Positions 16,936-27,175 of a DNA stretch of 49,669 bases are shown here, one piece after another; position 1 is the first letter of the stretch; each line of letters begins with the position of its first letter. The translations under genes were made by a program, and so were the position numbers. This DNA is from Verrucomicrobiota bacterium. GTDB taxonomy: Bacteria; Verrucomicrobiota; Verrucomicrobiia; Opitutales; Seribacteraceae. Location of the stretch: assembly GCA_027622665.1 (NCBI GenBank), contig JAQBYT010000032.1, positions 1-49,669 of the forward strand, written 5' to 3'. The notes below the pieces were generated by a model. That model was given only the letters and a program-made list of their open reading frames with translations. It was not told where the DNA came from and did no database searches.

Positions 16936-19900
16936 CTAATCTCCAAAGGCAAAGGGAAGGAGATCCTCCAGTCTACCAAATTGGCCGACCGGAACACCCG
17001 CTGCGGCATATGAGTTATTATACAACCGTGACAAATCCTTGTCAGTAGTCAGGAGCGGACTAAACGGGGCAACTCTAGACCCAGTGTCTCCCGAAATGGC
17101 ATTATTGGGAGCTATGCGCTGCAAAGCAAATCCCCCACCGGGAGGAGTTCCCATACCCCATGCATAAGCTGGGGGAGCACCTTCGAAATTCGGTTTTCCC
17201 GCTTGATCGACATAACCGACGTAACGAAAGTCAACGGTTGCCAGAGACTTGAGAAGACCACTATTGAATCGTGCCTCGGATGCGTATCCTCGCTTCTGCA
17301 GTTTTTGATAAAATATCGCCAAAGAGCCTTCCAATGCCTCGAAATTTTGACGGTTCATCCAATCGGTAGCCTTGAGGCGAGCTCCCGCCTTTTGCTTGAA
17401 GTCCTGATAATCGCTTACCATGTTTTTACTCAGGGCGGCACCCCACTCTCCCGGTCTTTTTAGCATCAATTCACAAATTTCAGCATGCAAAAAACCTTTG
17501 AATAGAGGCGAAAGCGTATTCTGGCTCATAACCAGATCGAGAAGATCGAGAAGAGGACCATCGACTGAACGAGTATTTTTATCGAGTCTACGCTCGAGCT
17601 GAAACTGAATGAAGTGAGACTCAGGAGCGAGCTGGCCTTGTTCCAGCATATGGCCTTTTACTCCACCATTGTATTCCAGAGATTCGAAAAGGCGACCTTG
17701 CGGCGTGCCGTTGAGTAAGAAGTTTCCTTGCTGAATGATTTGAACCGAGGGGTTCGGTATGGCTTGACCTTGATCGTCGAACTTTTTCTCGATTCGCTCC
17801 TCCTGCATTTGCCCAAAAGCCGTCAACATGGCGACAAGAGTTTTATTCGTGGTGTAACGCTTTAGCCCTCCGGCGTTACCGCCCAGTGAAACCGGCTGAC
17901 AGTCAACCAGCTTGTAATTCCAAACGTTACGCACGTTGCCCTCGGCTATAGCGGCCGCAAGATGATCATACTCGGCTCGAGAGTCCTCGGGGGAAAGACC
18001 GATTTTACCTTCCTTGATTTTTGCCCATAATTCATCAGGACCTTTAAATACGAGCTTTGTTTGCAACTGCCCCTTGTCGTTGTCAAAGAGAACCCGGTGC
18101 GTGGTAACGTCCCGTACCAGATTTAACGCGGCAGGATCAAACGCATTGGTTCGAAGTAATTGGTCCAGCTTGTTGAAGTATTCCGGCAAGCCTGAAGCAT
18201 TTCCGAACCCCGTCTTTGCCGCACCAGCCTCCCCTAGTTGCTTTAGCACTTCGCCGTGAACTTGCATCAAATCCCCAAGCCGACGAGTCTGGGACGAACT
18301 CAACTTCAGTTGATCAGTCGTCCCTCGATTAAGAGCAGTGACCGATTTCAACAATTCTCCCATTCGTCCAAGTTGCTCCCGGGCATCGGGAACGTTCCCA
18401 ACCTGTACAGCCCTTCCAATTTGATCGGCTTGATCCAAAAGTTCATCGACCTGCGATCCTTGATTGTTTTCAACTTCCTTGGAATAAGCTCGCCAAGTGC
18501 TGCGAAGCTTTCGCATGGCGTCCCGAACTCGCCCGTAATTTGAAGAATCAACCGACTTGGAGCCTGAAAACTCCTTGGTCGCTACATCCAGCTTGTCCAG
18601 ATAGTCTTCTTGAGCAAGGATACCATGATTCACCTTGGCAGAGGAACGAAATTCGCGAACTGCCTGCACGACCTGCTGGTCAAGCGATTGAATATCCTCT
18701 GCCAGCTTCCGGAAGCGGCTGAGTTCTCGACCCAAGCCATCTTCATTTTCGGCAACAGCACGGCCAATGTCGAGTAGGACTTCCGACTTCACGAGTTGTT
18801 CCTGAAACCGATAGTAATCGACCTCTTGGAGTGGCAAATCGTTTCCTTTTGCATCCTTTGGAGGAACTGGCGGATCAATAAACAATTGTTGAAATCTATC
18901 TGCATCCTTGGCTTCGAATTCGGGATCATCCGTAAGATCGGCTAACACATTTTCGCACATCTTTGTCACGACTGCCAATCGACGTTGCTTCAAGTCAGCG
19001 GGCTCGACGAAGGCTACCTTGAGGTTTTGAGTCGCAAGCAGAAATTTATCCTGCGACTTACCTCGGAAAACGCCCTTCTCGTGTGTGATGAGATTAATGG
19101 CACCCGAAAAGGCGTTGTCCGTAGCTTGCCTCAGGAGTATCTTGACTTCGTCGTCCTCAAGGTAATCACCATAGTTGCCGGCATAGGCGGAAAGCTTTTC
19201 CCACTGGCGAACAGGGGAAGGAGTTTGCACGATAATGTCGGCAGCGCTTCGGGCATCCCAATAACCCTTCAACCACCACAACAGGGTAACGGAACCCGCG
19301 GCCACCAAAACAAAAGCAAATACAGAGAAAATCCATAACCGTTTCGTCCGGCCCTGAAGACGTTTGATTCGATTTTTGACATGTCCCTCGGCCTTCTGAA
19401 GATCCATCAACACCTCGGTCGATACCGAATGGCCGATATCCTGAAACTCTTGGCGAATGCGCCTCAGTTCATTCTGTTCCTCAAGGTAGTTTTCCAAGGT
19501 CTTCTTTCCTATAACCTCAGCCTGTTGCATTTCGGCCACCCGGTTTTTGAAACGACCGACAAGGTTTTCCAACTCTCGTACAGCCCGTGCTTCATCGGCA
19601 AGTTCCTCGGCCCATTCCTTGTACTCATTGTAGACGTTTACATCATCGGGGTCGAGTTCGCCTTCGAGGTTATGTTCCTGAGCTAGCTCAAAAAATTCTC
19701 CGATCCAAGCAAGCGAACCCTTCCAGTCCTCCGATGACTTGAAGCTCGCCAACTCCACGAGAATTTCCTCCATTCGCAACTTAGCCAAACGTCGGTTCAC
19801 ATTCTCGCGTACGGCTAGAGCGTTTTCCCACTTGTCGCCCTTGGGCATAACTACCCAATCGGTTTCATCCACCTCCATCATGAGATCAAGAAATTCCGGT

Positions 19901-20436
19901 TCACGTCCCGCTTGAATCAGCTCGTCGATCTCGTCCATCTTCTTTTCGAGGATCTTAACGCTGAGCTGGCCGAAATGCCGACGAGCCGCAGCGTGGTCGG
20001 GGTTCGCCTTCAGGATCATCTTGAGAATCTTGAAGGTTTTCTCTTCGTCACGACTTCGGGCGGCCGTTCTGTATTCGCGAAAGAGCGGACTATCTTCCGA
20101 AATTTCCTTCTCGTACAGACCATTGAGCAGATCCACGTGATCCTCCGCCCAATTGGGTCCTAGGTATAGCGCCTTTTCCTCACAAAGTGACTTCCACTTT
20201 ACCTCGTTGGCAAAGGACAACTTCTCCATCAACAAAAGAACGTCGGGGGGCTGTTCGGCTAGTTCGCGTGCCGCAAAATCCTTACCAGAACGAATAAGCG
20301 TGACGCAATGGTCGAGACGTTCGTCTATCTTGGTTCGAAACTTTTCATACTCCTTGGCCAGAGAGTGCAAAACGGGGTCGGTGGCACCTTCACGAAGGGC
20401 CTTTTCTATGCGGTCGATTAGTCTATCAATATTCAC
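16936..20436 (-). CDS. Large bitopic membrane protein with helical N-terminal region and large C-terminal region
   Basis: 1166 aa ORF, GTG start, one TM (LWIFSVFAFVLVAAGSVTLLWWL) at about residue 370; 3-nt gap to the next gene. No family recognised. Confidence 0.8.
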   Translation of the reverse strand: MNIDRLIDRIEKALREGATDPVLHSLAKEYEKFRTKIDERLDHCVTLIRSGKDFAARELAEQPPDVLLLMEKLSFANEVKWKSLCEEKALYLGPNWAEDHVDLLNGLYEKEISEDSPLFREYRTAARSRDEEKTFKILKMILKANPDHAAARRHFGQLSVKILEKKMDEIDELIQAGREPEFLDLMMEVDETDWVVMPKGDKWENALAVRENVNRRLAKLRMEEILVELASFKSSEDWKGSLAWIGEFFELAQEHNLEGELDPDDVNVYNEYKEWAEELADEARAVRELENLVGRFKNRVAEMQQAEVIGKKTLENYLEEQNELRRIRQEFQDIGHSVSTEVLMDLQKAEGHVKNRIKRLQGRTKRLWIFSVFAFVLVAAGSVTLLWWLKGYWDARSAADIIVQTPSPVRQWEKLSAYAGNYGDYLEDDEVKILLRQATDNAFSGAINLITHEKGVFRGKSQDKFLLATQNLKVAFVEPADLKQRRLAVVTKMCENVLADLTDDPEFEAKDADRFQQLFIDPPVPPKDAKGNDLPLQEVDYYRFQEQLVKSEVLLDIGRAVAENEDGLGRELSRFRKLAEDIQSLDQQVVQAVREFRSSAKVNHGILAQEDYLDKLDVATKEFSGSKSVDSSNYGRVRDAMRKLRSTWRAYSKEVENNQGSQVDELLDQADQIGRAVQVGNVPDAREQLGRMGELLKSVTALNRGTTDQLKLSSSQTRRLGDLMQVHGEVLKQLGEAGAAKTGFGNASGLPEYFNKLDQLLRTNAFDPAALNLVRDVTTHRVLFDNDKGQLQTKLVFKGPDELWAKIKEGKIGLSPEDSRAEYDHLAAAIAEGNVRNVWNYKLVDCQPVSLGGNAGGLKRYTTNKTLVAMLTAFGQMQEERIEKKFDDQGQAIPNPSVQIIQQGNFLLNGTPQGRLFESLEYNGGVKGHMLEQGQLAPESHFIQFQLERRLDKNTRSVDGPLLDLLDLVMSQNTLSPLFKGFLHAEICELMLKRPGEWGAALSKNMVSDYQDFKQKAGARLKATDWMNRQNFEALEGSLAIFYQKLQKRGYASEARFNSGLLKSLATVDFRYVGYVDQAGKPNFEGAPPAYAWGMGTPPGGGFALQRIAPNNAISGDTGSRVAPFSPLLTTDKDLSRLYNNSYAAAGVPVGQFGRLEDLLPFAFGD

Positions 20437-20474
20437 GGCATTGGAGGAAGATAATCTATCAATAATGAATCAGT

Positions 20475-23400
20475 TCAACGGAAAGTGACAAGGTCGGAAA
20501 CGCGATCCCAGGTTGCGGGAAGGCGAGCCGCAGGCGGATTAATCTTAAATAGCGCTAGAGCCCATTTTTCTGCGACTAAGCGTTCCCTTGCTTGCTGGAT
20601 CTGGCTGCCACCGGCACGAAATGCGGCATCGCGGGCAGCCTTCAACTCGATAAATTTTGCATTCATACGCTTAAGCCATTGATCGTACTGAGACAGTTTT
20701 GCTCGTTCCTGACCAAACCGAGCTACTGAAGGAGCATCCGACATAAGCTTCAAGGCCTTCGAATATTCCTGCCAGACGAGCTTGTCGGATTGAGTGGATT
20801 CGGACGCATGCTCCAAGTATGCTTTATTCAACTTCATGAATTTTTGGCCAACTTCTTTTCCTTTCGGCTGCTCTCCCATACGCAAGATTTCTTTTTGAAG
20901 TTTTCCAAGCAATCCTTTGTCGGGTTCCGGGGAATCGAAGGAGTCCAAAACTTTCTGCAATTGTACGGCCAAGTTCGTATCCTTCATCCCGAAAGTTCTC
21001 TCAACGTGCATAAAGAAATTCACCAAGTGAAAAGCAATGTCCACGTCATGATCGGCCCGTTCCGCATCATATCGAAAACCATCCATGTGAAGTTCCGCTT
21101 TTTCCTTTAGTGCGGAAGCTGCCGTTTGCCAAAATTGACCAAGAGCTTGCTCGTTTGCATGAAAACTTTGGGGATCGCTCAAACCAATTAGCTTTTTCCG
21201 AAACGTTTTAGTTTGAGGATCATCCAATCCCAATGTTTGCTGAGCAAAATTGGTTGTTACACCAAGCAAGTATTCGCCATAAGAAGAACCTGCTGAATAA
21301 TCGGTCGACTTCGCAGCATTACGACCGAACATACGCAGGTTGTCGTATACTTGGGGATTGGGCAAGGTCGCCGACATTTTTTCCATTTCCGCATCATACT
21401 GAGCTATTCCCGACCGAAAGGAAGCGTCAAGAGAGGCAAAATACTCGACGTTCATCATGATCTCGCTGATTGGTTGCGGCCCCTGTTTTGGTATGACGAT
21501 CGCTTTAGGAAAACCCGGAACGTACCCCATCACAAAAGCATTTGTGGACGGCATGCTTGGGGAGAAAAACACATCCGAACGTGGAGTTCCGCCTGCACCT
21601 AAAGCAGGAGCCAATCCCAGGGAATGCGAAACATTCTTGCCTTTGGTCAAGACATGGAAATTTTGTCCATAAGGCCATGACGGGAGAAACCTCAACGCTG
21701 AGCGGGAAAGCTTCAACTGCTCGCCTCTGGCGACCGGCGGGTGACCGAGTTCCGGGGCGAAATGCTTATTTGAAACAAAATATAAATCCACACAATTGTC
21801 AGCCCCTTTGGGGATGCGAAGAACAAACCCACGCTTGGCGGCATCATTTGCCATATCTGCCGAAAAGTCGATTTCTACAGACACTCCCCTTTTGACCGTA
21901 AATTCCAACGAATAAAGAGAGCGACTGCCACCCACGGTCTTCAAACTAAAGCGCGCCTGACTGTCCGGATCGACCCGATCGGGTGTGGCTTCAACGGCAA
22001 AAGCCTCAAAAGCATCCGCTGCTTCCGCAAGATTGTAAAAGGATTGAGGTCCGTGGAAATCCGTCTGCCAAACACGAGCTTGCTCGACGCCCACAAAGGC
22101 TCTCATGAGAGCGTCAAAAAGGCTCGAAAACTCTGGTTGCTCGTATCGGATCGATCCGCTACTCGGAAGATCAAGCTGCCAACGTACGGGTTTACCCGGC
22201 AAGGTTTTGCCCGGCAACCACAAGACGTAAGCGGATTCCGGCGTTCGAACCAAGGGACCCGAAGGATCGAGTCCCACTGGAACAACAGAGACAGGAGCGG
22301 CAGGAAGGGTGAAATCCAGAGCAGTGATTATGTTTCCGTCTACACGCGCATTAAGCTTCAAGTCCTTCCCTCCCGCTGCTAAAAAGGCAACCAAGTCAAG
22401 AATGCGTTTTTCTTCGTCGACACGAAAAGTGTAAGGCAGTGAACGGACGCCACCTACATTGATTTCAACGATTCCCTGGGCGGGCAAAATGCGTGCGGCG
22501 TCCGGGGCATTCAGTACTACGACCCTCGATTCGCCCGTCGGTTCGGGCCGTACCGGAGGAACTGAACCGATGCCAACTGGTGGAATAGTTATGGGATCGA
22601 CACCTACAATGCGCCCTTCTTCCAAGCGAAGTTTCAAGGGAACTTCCATGCTGGGATTTTCAGTTAAAGCCACTACTAACTGCTCTATTTGCTCACGGAG
22701 GTCAGGGCGGTCGGATGGAAGCTCAAAAGTGAGTTTCCCCTTTGAGGGAATATTGAAAGTGGCGATGTCTCCATCCAAACTAACTGCGTTTTCTCCTGAG
22801 ATATTTTCTTCAAACGGTTCGCCCATCGCTTGCACCGCGGGGGCTTCGTCCAAAGTCTCTATGGCCAACCAGCCGGCCTCGTTCCGCACTACGGTAACTT
22901 GCAGCTGGTCGTCAGGTGCGAGACCTTCGAGCAAATCGCCGTAATCGTCCTGCTGTTGTTCAGTTAGATTAATCTTTACGGGTTCGGAACTGCCTGCATC
23001 CAACTTAATCCAGTTCATGTATTTATGCTTTTCCCTCAACACGACTACCCCGGGCTTGCCCACCATCAAAGTAGCCCCTTCGACCACTGGTTCCCCATCG
23101 GAGGAATCGGGAGTGAGGTCAGGAACTGGAGAAACAATGGAAGGGTTGGACGGATCGGGTTCATCCCCGTTTTTATTGAGGACATCGCCCAGATTATAAA
23201 CTAAACCGACAACCAAACCTACAAGCAAACAAAGGGCCGTCGAAATAACCGCCAACTGCATGAGCCAAGGACGTTTTTTTCGCTTTTTACCAGTAGAGGA
23301 TCCATCCTGAGCGGAAACGGTGGAACCCGAAGGTGCGGCCGATGCCGTATAACTGGACGCCGCTTGCTGGAACCGAACCATTTCGCGATCGGAAAACGCC

Positions 23401-24257
23401 TTTGGAGCCTTTGCCCTAGTTTTCGGGGATTTGGCTCCGGATGCTTTCGCCTTGGGGCCCTTGCGAGCAATGTGAGCAAGATCGTCGTCGATAGGGTCAA
23501 CAACCTTGCTCTGAGCAAAATCGCGAAGATCCAAGTAGTTGGGGGCACCTCCTAGCTTAATGCGCTCGGCGGCAGGTTGCCCGCGGGCTCCGATCCAAGA
23601 GAAAATCTTGGCGTCATCGTTTTCTTGCAGAAAGGTGGTAAAAGAATAGTCCCAAGAATCAAGCGACAATTTGTGCAGGGCGGACGACTCGGCGAACAGC
23701 TTGAGAAGACTTTCCTCTTGTCCGGGATGCACCTCCAGCAGCACGGGCTTTTTCATGCTCGGCGAAACGAGAATTGCGGCGTTTCCGGGATCGTTTGTAG
23801 CGGCAAGCCAAGCGTTGGCAGGAATGAGAGCGAGAGACTTAAACGGGGTAAGGTCGACCTCCTCCGAATCCTCGAGATAGCGCGGTCCTTCCTCCCATTT
23901 GGTTTTCCAGCCATTCCAATTAGCAAGAATTTCAGCGGGGGATGGAACAGTTGCAATCTCGAAGCTGTCGAGAATGAGGTGGTGGGCAATGTAATTGGTA
24001 CGATTCGTGTAGTCGAGGCCGGCATCACTGATTCGACTGACGACAAAAAACTCCTCCGAACCCAATGCCAGTTTTCGAAAGACAGCGACTTTGGCCTTGG
24101 GACCATCGCCTTGCTGATTGTAGTCGTAGACACTGAGCCGCTCCAGTTCACGGACTAGTCGACTGCGTATATCCTTGTGACGAGCAACCGTGCAATACCC
24201 CGACCTCCCGGGCTCCAAGCCTTGAGGGGCACTGGTGAAGATCAGTTGGCGGGCCAT
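20475..24257 (-). CDS. GTPase-associated protein 1 type (GAP1-N2 + GAP1-M-like) bitopic membrane protein
   Basis: QLIFTSAPQGLEPGRSGYCTVA...LERLSVY...GLDYTNRTNYIAHHL is the GAP1-N2 pattern and WDYSFTT resembles GAP1-M. One TM follows KKRKKRP, then a large ectodomain. Adjacent to the GTPase. Confidence 0.8.
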   Translation of the reverse strand: MARQLIFTSAPQGLEPGRSGYCTVARHKDIRSRLVRELERLSVYDYNQQGDGPKAKVAVFRKLALGSEEFFVVSRISDAGLDYTNRTNYIAHHLILDSFEIATVPSPAEILANWNGWKTKWEEGPRYLEDSEEVDLTPFKSLALIPANAWLAATNDPGNAAILVSPSMKKPVLLEVHPGQEESLLKLFAESSALHKLSLDSWDYSFTTFLQENDDAKIFSWIGARGQPAAERIKLGGAPNYLDLRDFAQSKVVDPIDDDLAHIARKGPKAKASGAKSPKTRAKAPKAFSDREMVRFQQAASSYTASAAPSGSTVSAQDGSSTGKKRKKRPWLMQLAVISTALCLLVGLVVGLVYNLGDVLNKNGDEPDPSNPSIVSPVPDLTPDSSDGEPVVEGATLMVGKPGVVVLREKHKYMNWIKLDAGSSEPVKINLTEQQQDDYGDLLEGLAPDDQLQVTVVRNEAGWLAIETLDEAPAVQAMGEPFEENISGENAVSLDGDIATFNIPSKGKLTFELPSDRPDLREQIEQLVVALTENPSMEVPLKLRLEEGRIVGVDPITIPPVGIGSVPPVRPEPTGESRVVVLNAPDAARILPAQGIVEINVGGVRSLPYTFRVDEEKRILDLVAFLAAGGKDLKLNARVDGNIITALDFTLPAAPVSVVPVGLDPSGPLVRTPESAYVLWLPGKTLPGKPVRWQLDLPSSGSIRYEQPEFSSLFDALMRAFVGVEQARVWQTDFHGPQSFYNLAEAADAFEAFAVEATPDRVDPDSQARFSLKTVGGSRSLYSLEFTVKRGVSVEIDFSADMANDAAKRGFVLRIPKGADNCVDLYFVSNKHFAPELGHPPVARGEQLKLSRSALRFLPSWPYGQNFHVLTKGKNVSHSLGLAPALGAGGTPRSDVFFSPSMPSTNAFVMGYVPGFPKAIVIPKQGPQPISEIMMNVEYFASLDASFRSGIAQYDAEMEKMSATLPNPQVYDNLRMFGRNAAKSTDYSAGSSYGEYLLGVTTNFAQQTLGLDDPQTKTFRKKLIGLSDPQSFHANEQALGQFWQTAASALKEKAELHMDGFRYDAERADHDVDIAFHLVNFFMHVERTFGMKDTNLAVQLQKVLDSFDSPEPDKGLLGKLQKEILRMGEQPKGKEVGQKFMKLNKAYLEHASESTQSDKLVWQEYSKALKLMSDAPSVARFGQERAKLSQYDQWLKRMNAKFIELKAARDAAFRAGGSQIQQARERLVAEKWALALFKINPPAARLPATWDRVSDLVTFR

Positions 24258-24287
24258 GACTTGGCTGGTGGTCTGCCGTTAACGGCT

Positions 24288-26069
24288 CTAAACCGGTTCG
24301 GGTACCGGTATCAATTCAGGTTCGACTTGCGAAAGAGCCCAGATAGTGGGAACTTCGACCATCACAGGGTCCAACTTCTCGGGATCGGGAGCAATGAATT
24401 CTTGATCGCCATTTTTGTAGGTGATCGGGCTATGTCCAAAAGCGCTTACGGGGAAATAGCGAACATTTCTCGAAAGCGTTTCAGCATTCGCCACTATTCC
24501 GGGATGCATATCGATCATATAATCTCGGATAATCTCGGAATTGGAATCAATTATTTCTTTAATCAATTTTTTATCTTTTATCGGCCACTGGATACGTTCC
24601 CAATCCAATTGATCTTTTAGAATATCGCATTTGCCGATCATAACGGCAAGTGGGACATCGATTTTGTCGGCGATACTGATATTCTGGTGCTGCTTCACCC
24701 GGACCTCCAACTCGGCCATGATAATGTCTTGCTGGTCGAGGCGTTTGCCCTTTTTATCAAGGGCGAATTGGGGGTCGTCATGACCACGCAACATCCGCCG
24801 AAACTCGGGACTGGCTATCGGGTCGAAGAGGAAGAAGATGCCCGAGGAACTGGCGACGTGAAGGGTGCCGGGAGATTCCTCGTTGGCGATTCCCGGTTCA
24901 AAATGCTCACCCGCGTTGTCGTAAAAGATAATGGAACAATCATGCCCACCACCTCGAGGGTCGGAAAGACTGAAAACAAAGGGCTTAGGCAGAGCAACCA
25001 CGCGGTCGTGACGCTCCAACCGCTCGTACATTTCGCCCTCCAACTGTGTCTTTATCAGCATGGATTCCGCAGGATCCGTTCCGGCGAAAAGGCGATTCTT
25101 CATAGAATTCAGGATCGCGTTAAAAGCAGGATCGGCATCACGGAAGGCGATCCCGAATTCACGAAACATCGTGCGCTGAAGTTGCCGTACCAAAACGCTC
25201 AAATAATAAGATTTCCCTGCACTGGGCGCCCCCACTATCGAAAAAATATGGTGCGTGACGTCCATGAATCCAGGAGGCAACTTATGATGACAGTGTGGGC
25301 AAGCGACATCTGTGGTGGGCAAACCCATGGCGTCCATGGCTTGTCCCTTAGAGTTGAACTCGGTCGGGATGAAACGGAGCATGGCATCCTCGCCAAGTTT
25401 ACGATCTCCCCGCAAGTCTTCGTGCGTTGCCATACTAAGGACATCGGAACGATCAAACCTCAACCAGCAGATTGGGCATGTGAATTCACCTCGATCCGGA
25501 TCAACGACGATCTCTTCCTCGTAAATGGCTTCCTCTTCTTCCTCTTCTTCTTCGAGTTGGAGAAAATCAAGTAGGTGCACCACCCAAAAGGGAACATCCA
25601 AGCCCATCGGTTTGATTGCGCATTCAGCGACGTCTGTGCCGGACTCACGGATCATGTCGATAACCTCGTATCGACCACACTGTCCGAGTTCCATTCCGCT
25701 ACGACCGTTCGTCAAAACCCATTGCCCCTTCTGGATTTGATCCGCCCAAGACTTGGGATCCCGACCGACAAAGACAACCAAAGGATAACCAGTAAACTGC
25801 AACGCGCAAACCTCCTCTTCCTCCACTGTAAAGGGCTCAGTAAAAGGCCCACCGTTCACCAGTAGGCGCTCGTCCCCCTTCTTGTTGGGAACGATTCGAA
25901 AATGGTTGCCCATCTTCTTGATCATGCATGCCCCTTCCCATTCGTCGGAACAAGGCACTTGCCAATCGGCATTCCCAAGACAACCAACGATGAAAGGAAA
26001 TTTTTCCATAATCTGGAATCGCCCTTCCAGACAGTCATACAATCCAATGGTATTTTTCTTTCCTAGCAC
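24288..26069 (-). CDS. TRAFAC-class GTPase (DO-GTPase2-like) with degenerate FHA-like N-terminus and Zn ribbon
   Basis: G1 GAPSAGKS, G3 YDNAGE, G4-like GKCD, G5-like VSAFG; CPICW...CPHCH; poly-Glu linker; beta-rich N-terminus with LLVNG. Confidence 0.82.
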   Translation of the reverse strand: MLGKKNTIGLYDCLEGRFQIMEKFPFIVGCLGNADWQVPCSDEWEGACMIKKMGNHFRIVPNKKGDERLLVNGGPFTEPFTVEEEEVCALQFTGYPLVVFVGRDPKSWADQIQKGQWVLTNGRSGMELGQCGRYEVIDMIRESGTDVAECAIKPMGLDVPFWVVHLLDFLQLEEEEEEEEAIYEEEIVVDPDRGEFTCPICWLRFDRSDVLSMATHEDLRGDRKLGEDAMLRFIPTEFNSKGQAMDAMGLPTTDVACPHCHHKLPPGFMDVTHHIFSIVGAPSAGKSYYLSVLVRQLQRTMFREFGIAFRDADPAFNAILNSMKNRLFAGTDPAESMLIKTQLEGEMYERLERHDRVVALPKPFVFSLSDPRGGGHDCSIIFYDNAGEHFEPGIANEESPGTLHVASSSGIFFLFDPIASPEFRRMLRGHDDPQFALDKKGKRLDQQDIIMAELEVRVKQHQNISIADKIDVPLAVMIGKCDILKDQLDWERIQWPIKDKKLIKEIIDSNSEIIRDYMIDMHPGIVANAETLSRNVRYFPVSAFGHSPITYKNGDQEFIAPDPEKLDPVMVEVPTIWALSQVEPELIPVPEPV

Positions 26070-26430
26070 AGTAATTTACTCAAAAGTTCGCTAACATAAA
26101 AAAACTAATTTTGATCCGAGCACACATATTAAGTGTAATTCCCTGCGGCATAAGGAACAAAACGAGGTAAGTCTAAGTAATTCACTAAATATTTAAGTAG
26201 GGAATTGAAAACATTTAGCCCGACATAGCAAACCCATTTTAGTGCGCTTGGAATTTCTATTCAGAGAAAAGAATAAAGTATAATCTCCATTGCGGCGAGG
26301 CCGATCACGATTTCTTTACGGGCTAATCCAAACTCGACACCTGAAATTCCCACTTAGGAGTTGGACTACGACAGGAACCCAGTCTAGAGCAAATGGTGTA
26401 AGTCCTTTGACTGTCGATGAGAGAGTTAAC

Positions 26431-27153
26431 TCAAAATGTAGTGCCTTCGGACTCCTCCAAATCGTCAAGTCTCTTGGCTACGTTTTGGAGAAGGCGATCC
26501 TCTTCATTCAGCATCTGCGTAAGCTTTTTGAGTCGACTTCGTTGACCCACCAAGCCCTTTTTACCAACAACCCGACTCTCCAGATTAGCCACCAGTTTTT
26601 CCAGTGAAAACACGGCATTCTGAAGTTCCTCGTCCAAGGTCTTCACCTCTTCCTCCATTCGCCGACGCCCTTCCGTATCGGAACTCGAGTTCGACAAGGT
26701 TTTTCTGAGGCGCATCCCTTTCTCAATTTCCGTAACGATGTCTTCGTAAGCCTGCACCACAAGTTCCTGCGTATCCCCAAGACTGGAGACACCGGAAAGC
26801 ATACCCTCAACCACGCGGGAACGACAGGCTAACGCCCGTTCATATATCTGAGCATAAGCTCCTAACCCCTTGGCCACAAGGCTTTGGGAAAATGCTTTCT
26901 GCTTCTCTAGGCGTTCCTTTTCTCGCTTTTTAAGAGCATCGGCGGCGAACATTTTCTTAAGCCGCGACCATTTGCTCGCCCACAAGCCTCCCATAACTCC
27001 GGCGGCAGCTCCAAAACCCAATAAAGCGGCCCAGCCGGGCATGGGAACAAAGGCGTAGACACCCGCTGCAGGCAGAAGGGGAACCCAAGTTACCGGAGAC
27101 CAAAGGAGTTCCTTGAGCAACCTCCCCTTGAAACTTTCCTCCCTCTCGCTCAC
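26431..27153 (-). CDS. Two-TM coiled-coil membrane protein
   Basis: The ORF-track start (27330) overlaps the upstream gene; the in-frame GTG at 27153 is more plausible. Hydrophobic hairpin followed by a helical C-terminus. Confidence 0.7.
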   Translation of the reverse strand: MSEREESFKGRLLKELLWSPVTWVPLLPAAGVYAFVPMPGWAALLGFGAAAGVMGGLWASKWSRLKKMFAADALKKREKERLEKQKAFSQSLVAKGLGAYAQIYERALACRSRVVEGMLSGVSSLGDTQELVVQAYEDIVTEIEKGMRLRKTLSNSSSDTEGRRRMEEEVKTLDEELQNAVFSLEKLVANLESRVVGKKGLVGQRSRLKKLTQMLNEEDRLLQNVAKRLDDLEESEGTTF

Positions 27154-27175
27154 AACGGCAAAAACTGAAAGGCTT

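Noticed and set aside
24687..25574. 295-aa plus-strand ORF
   Set aside because: Antisense shadow of the GTPase gene with no recognisable domain.
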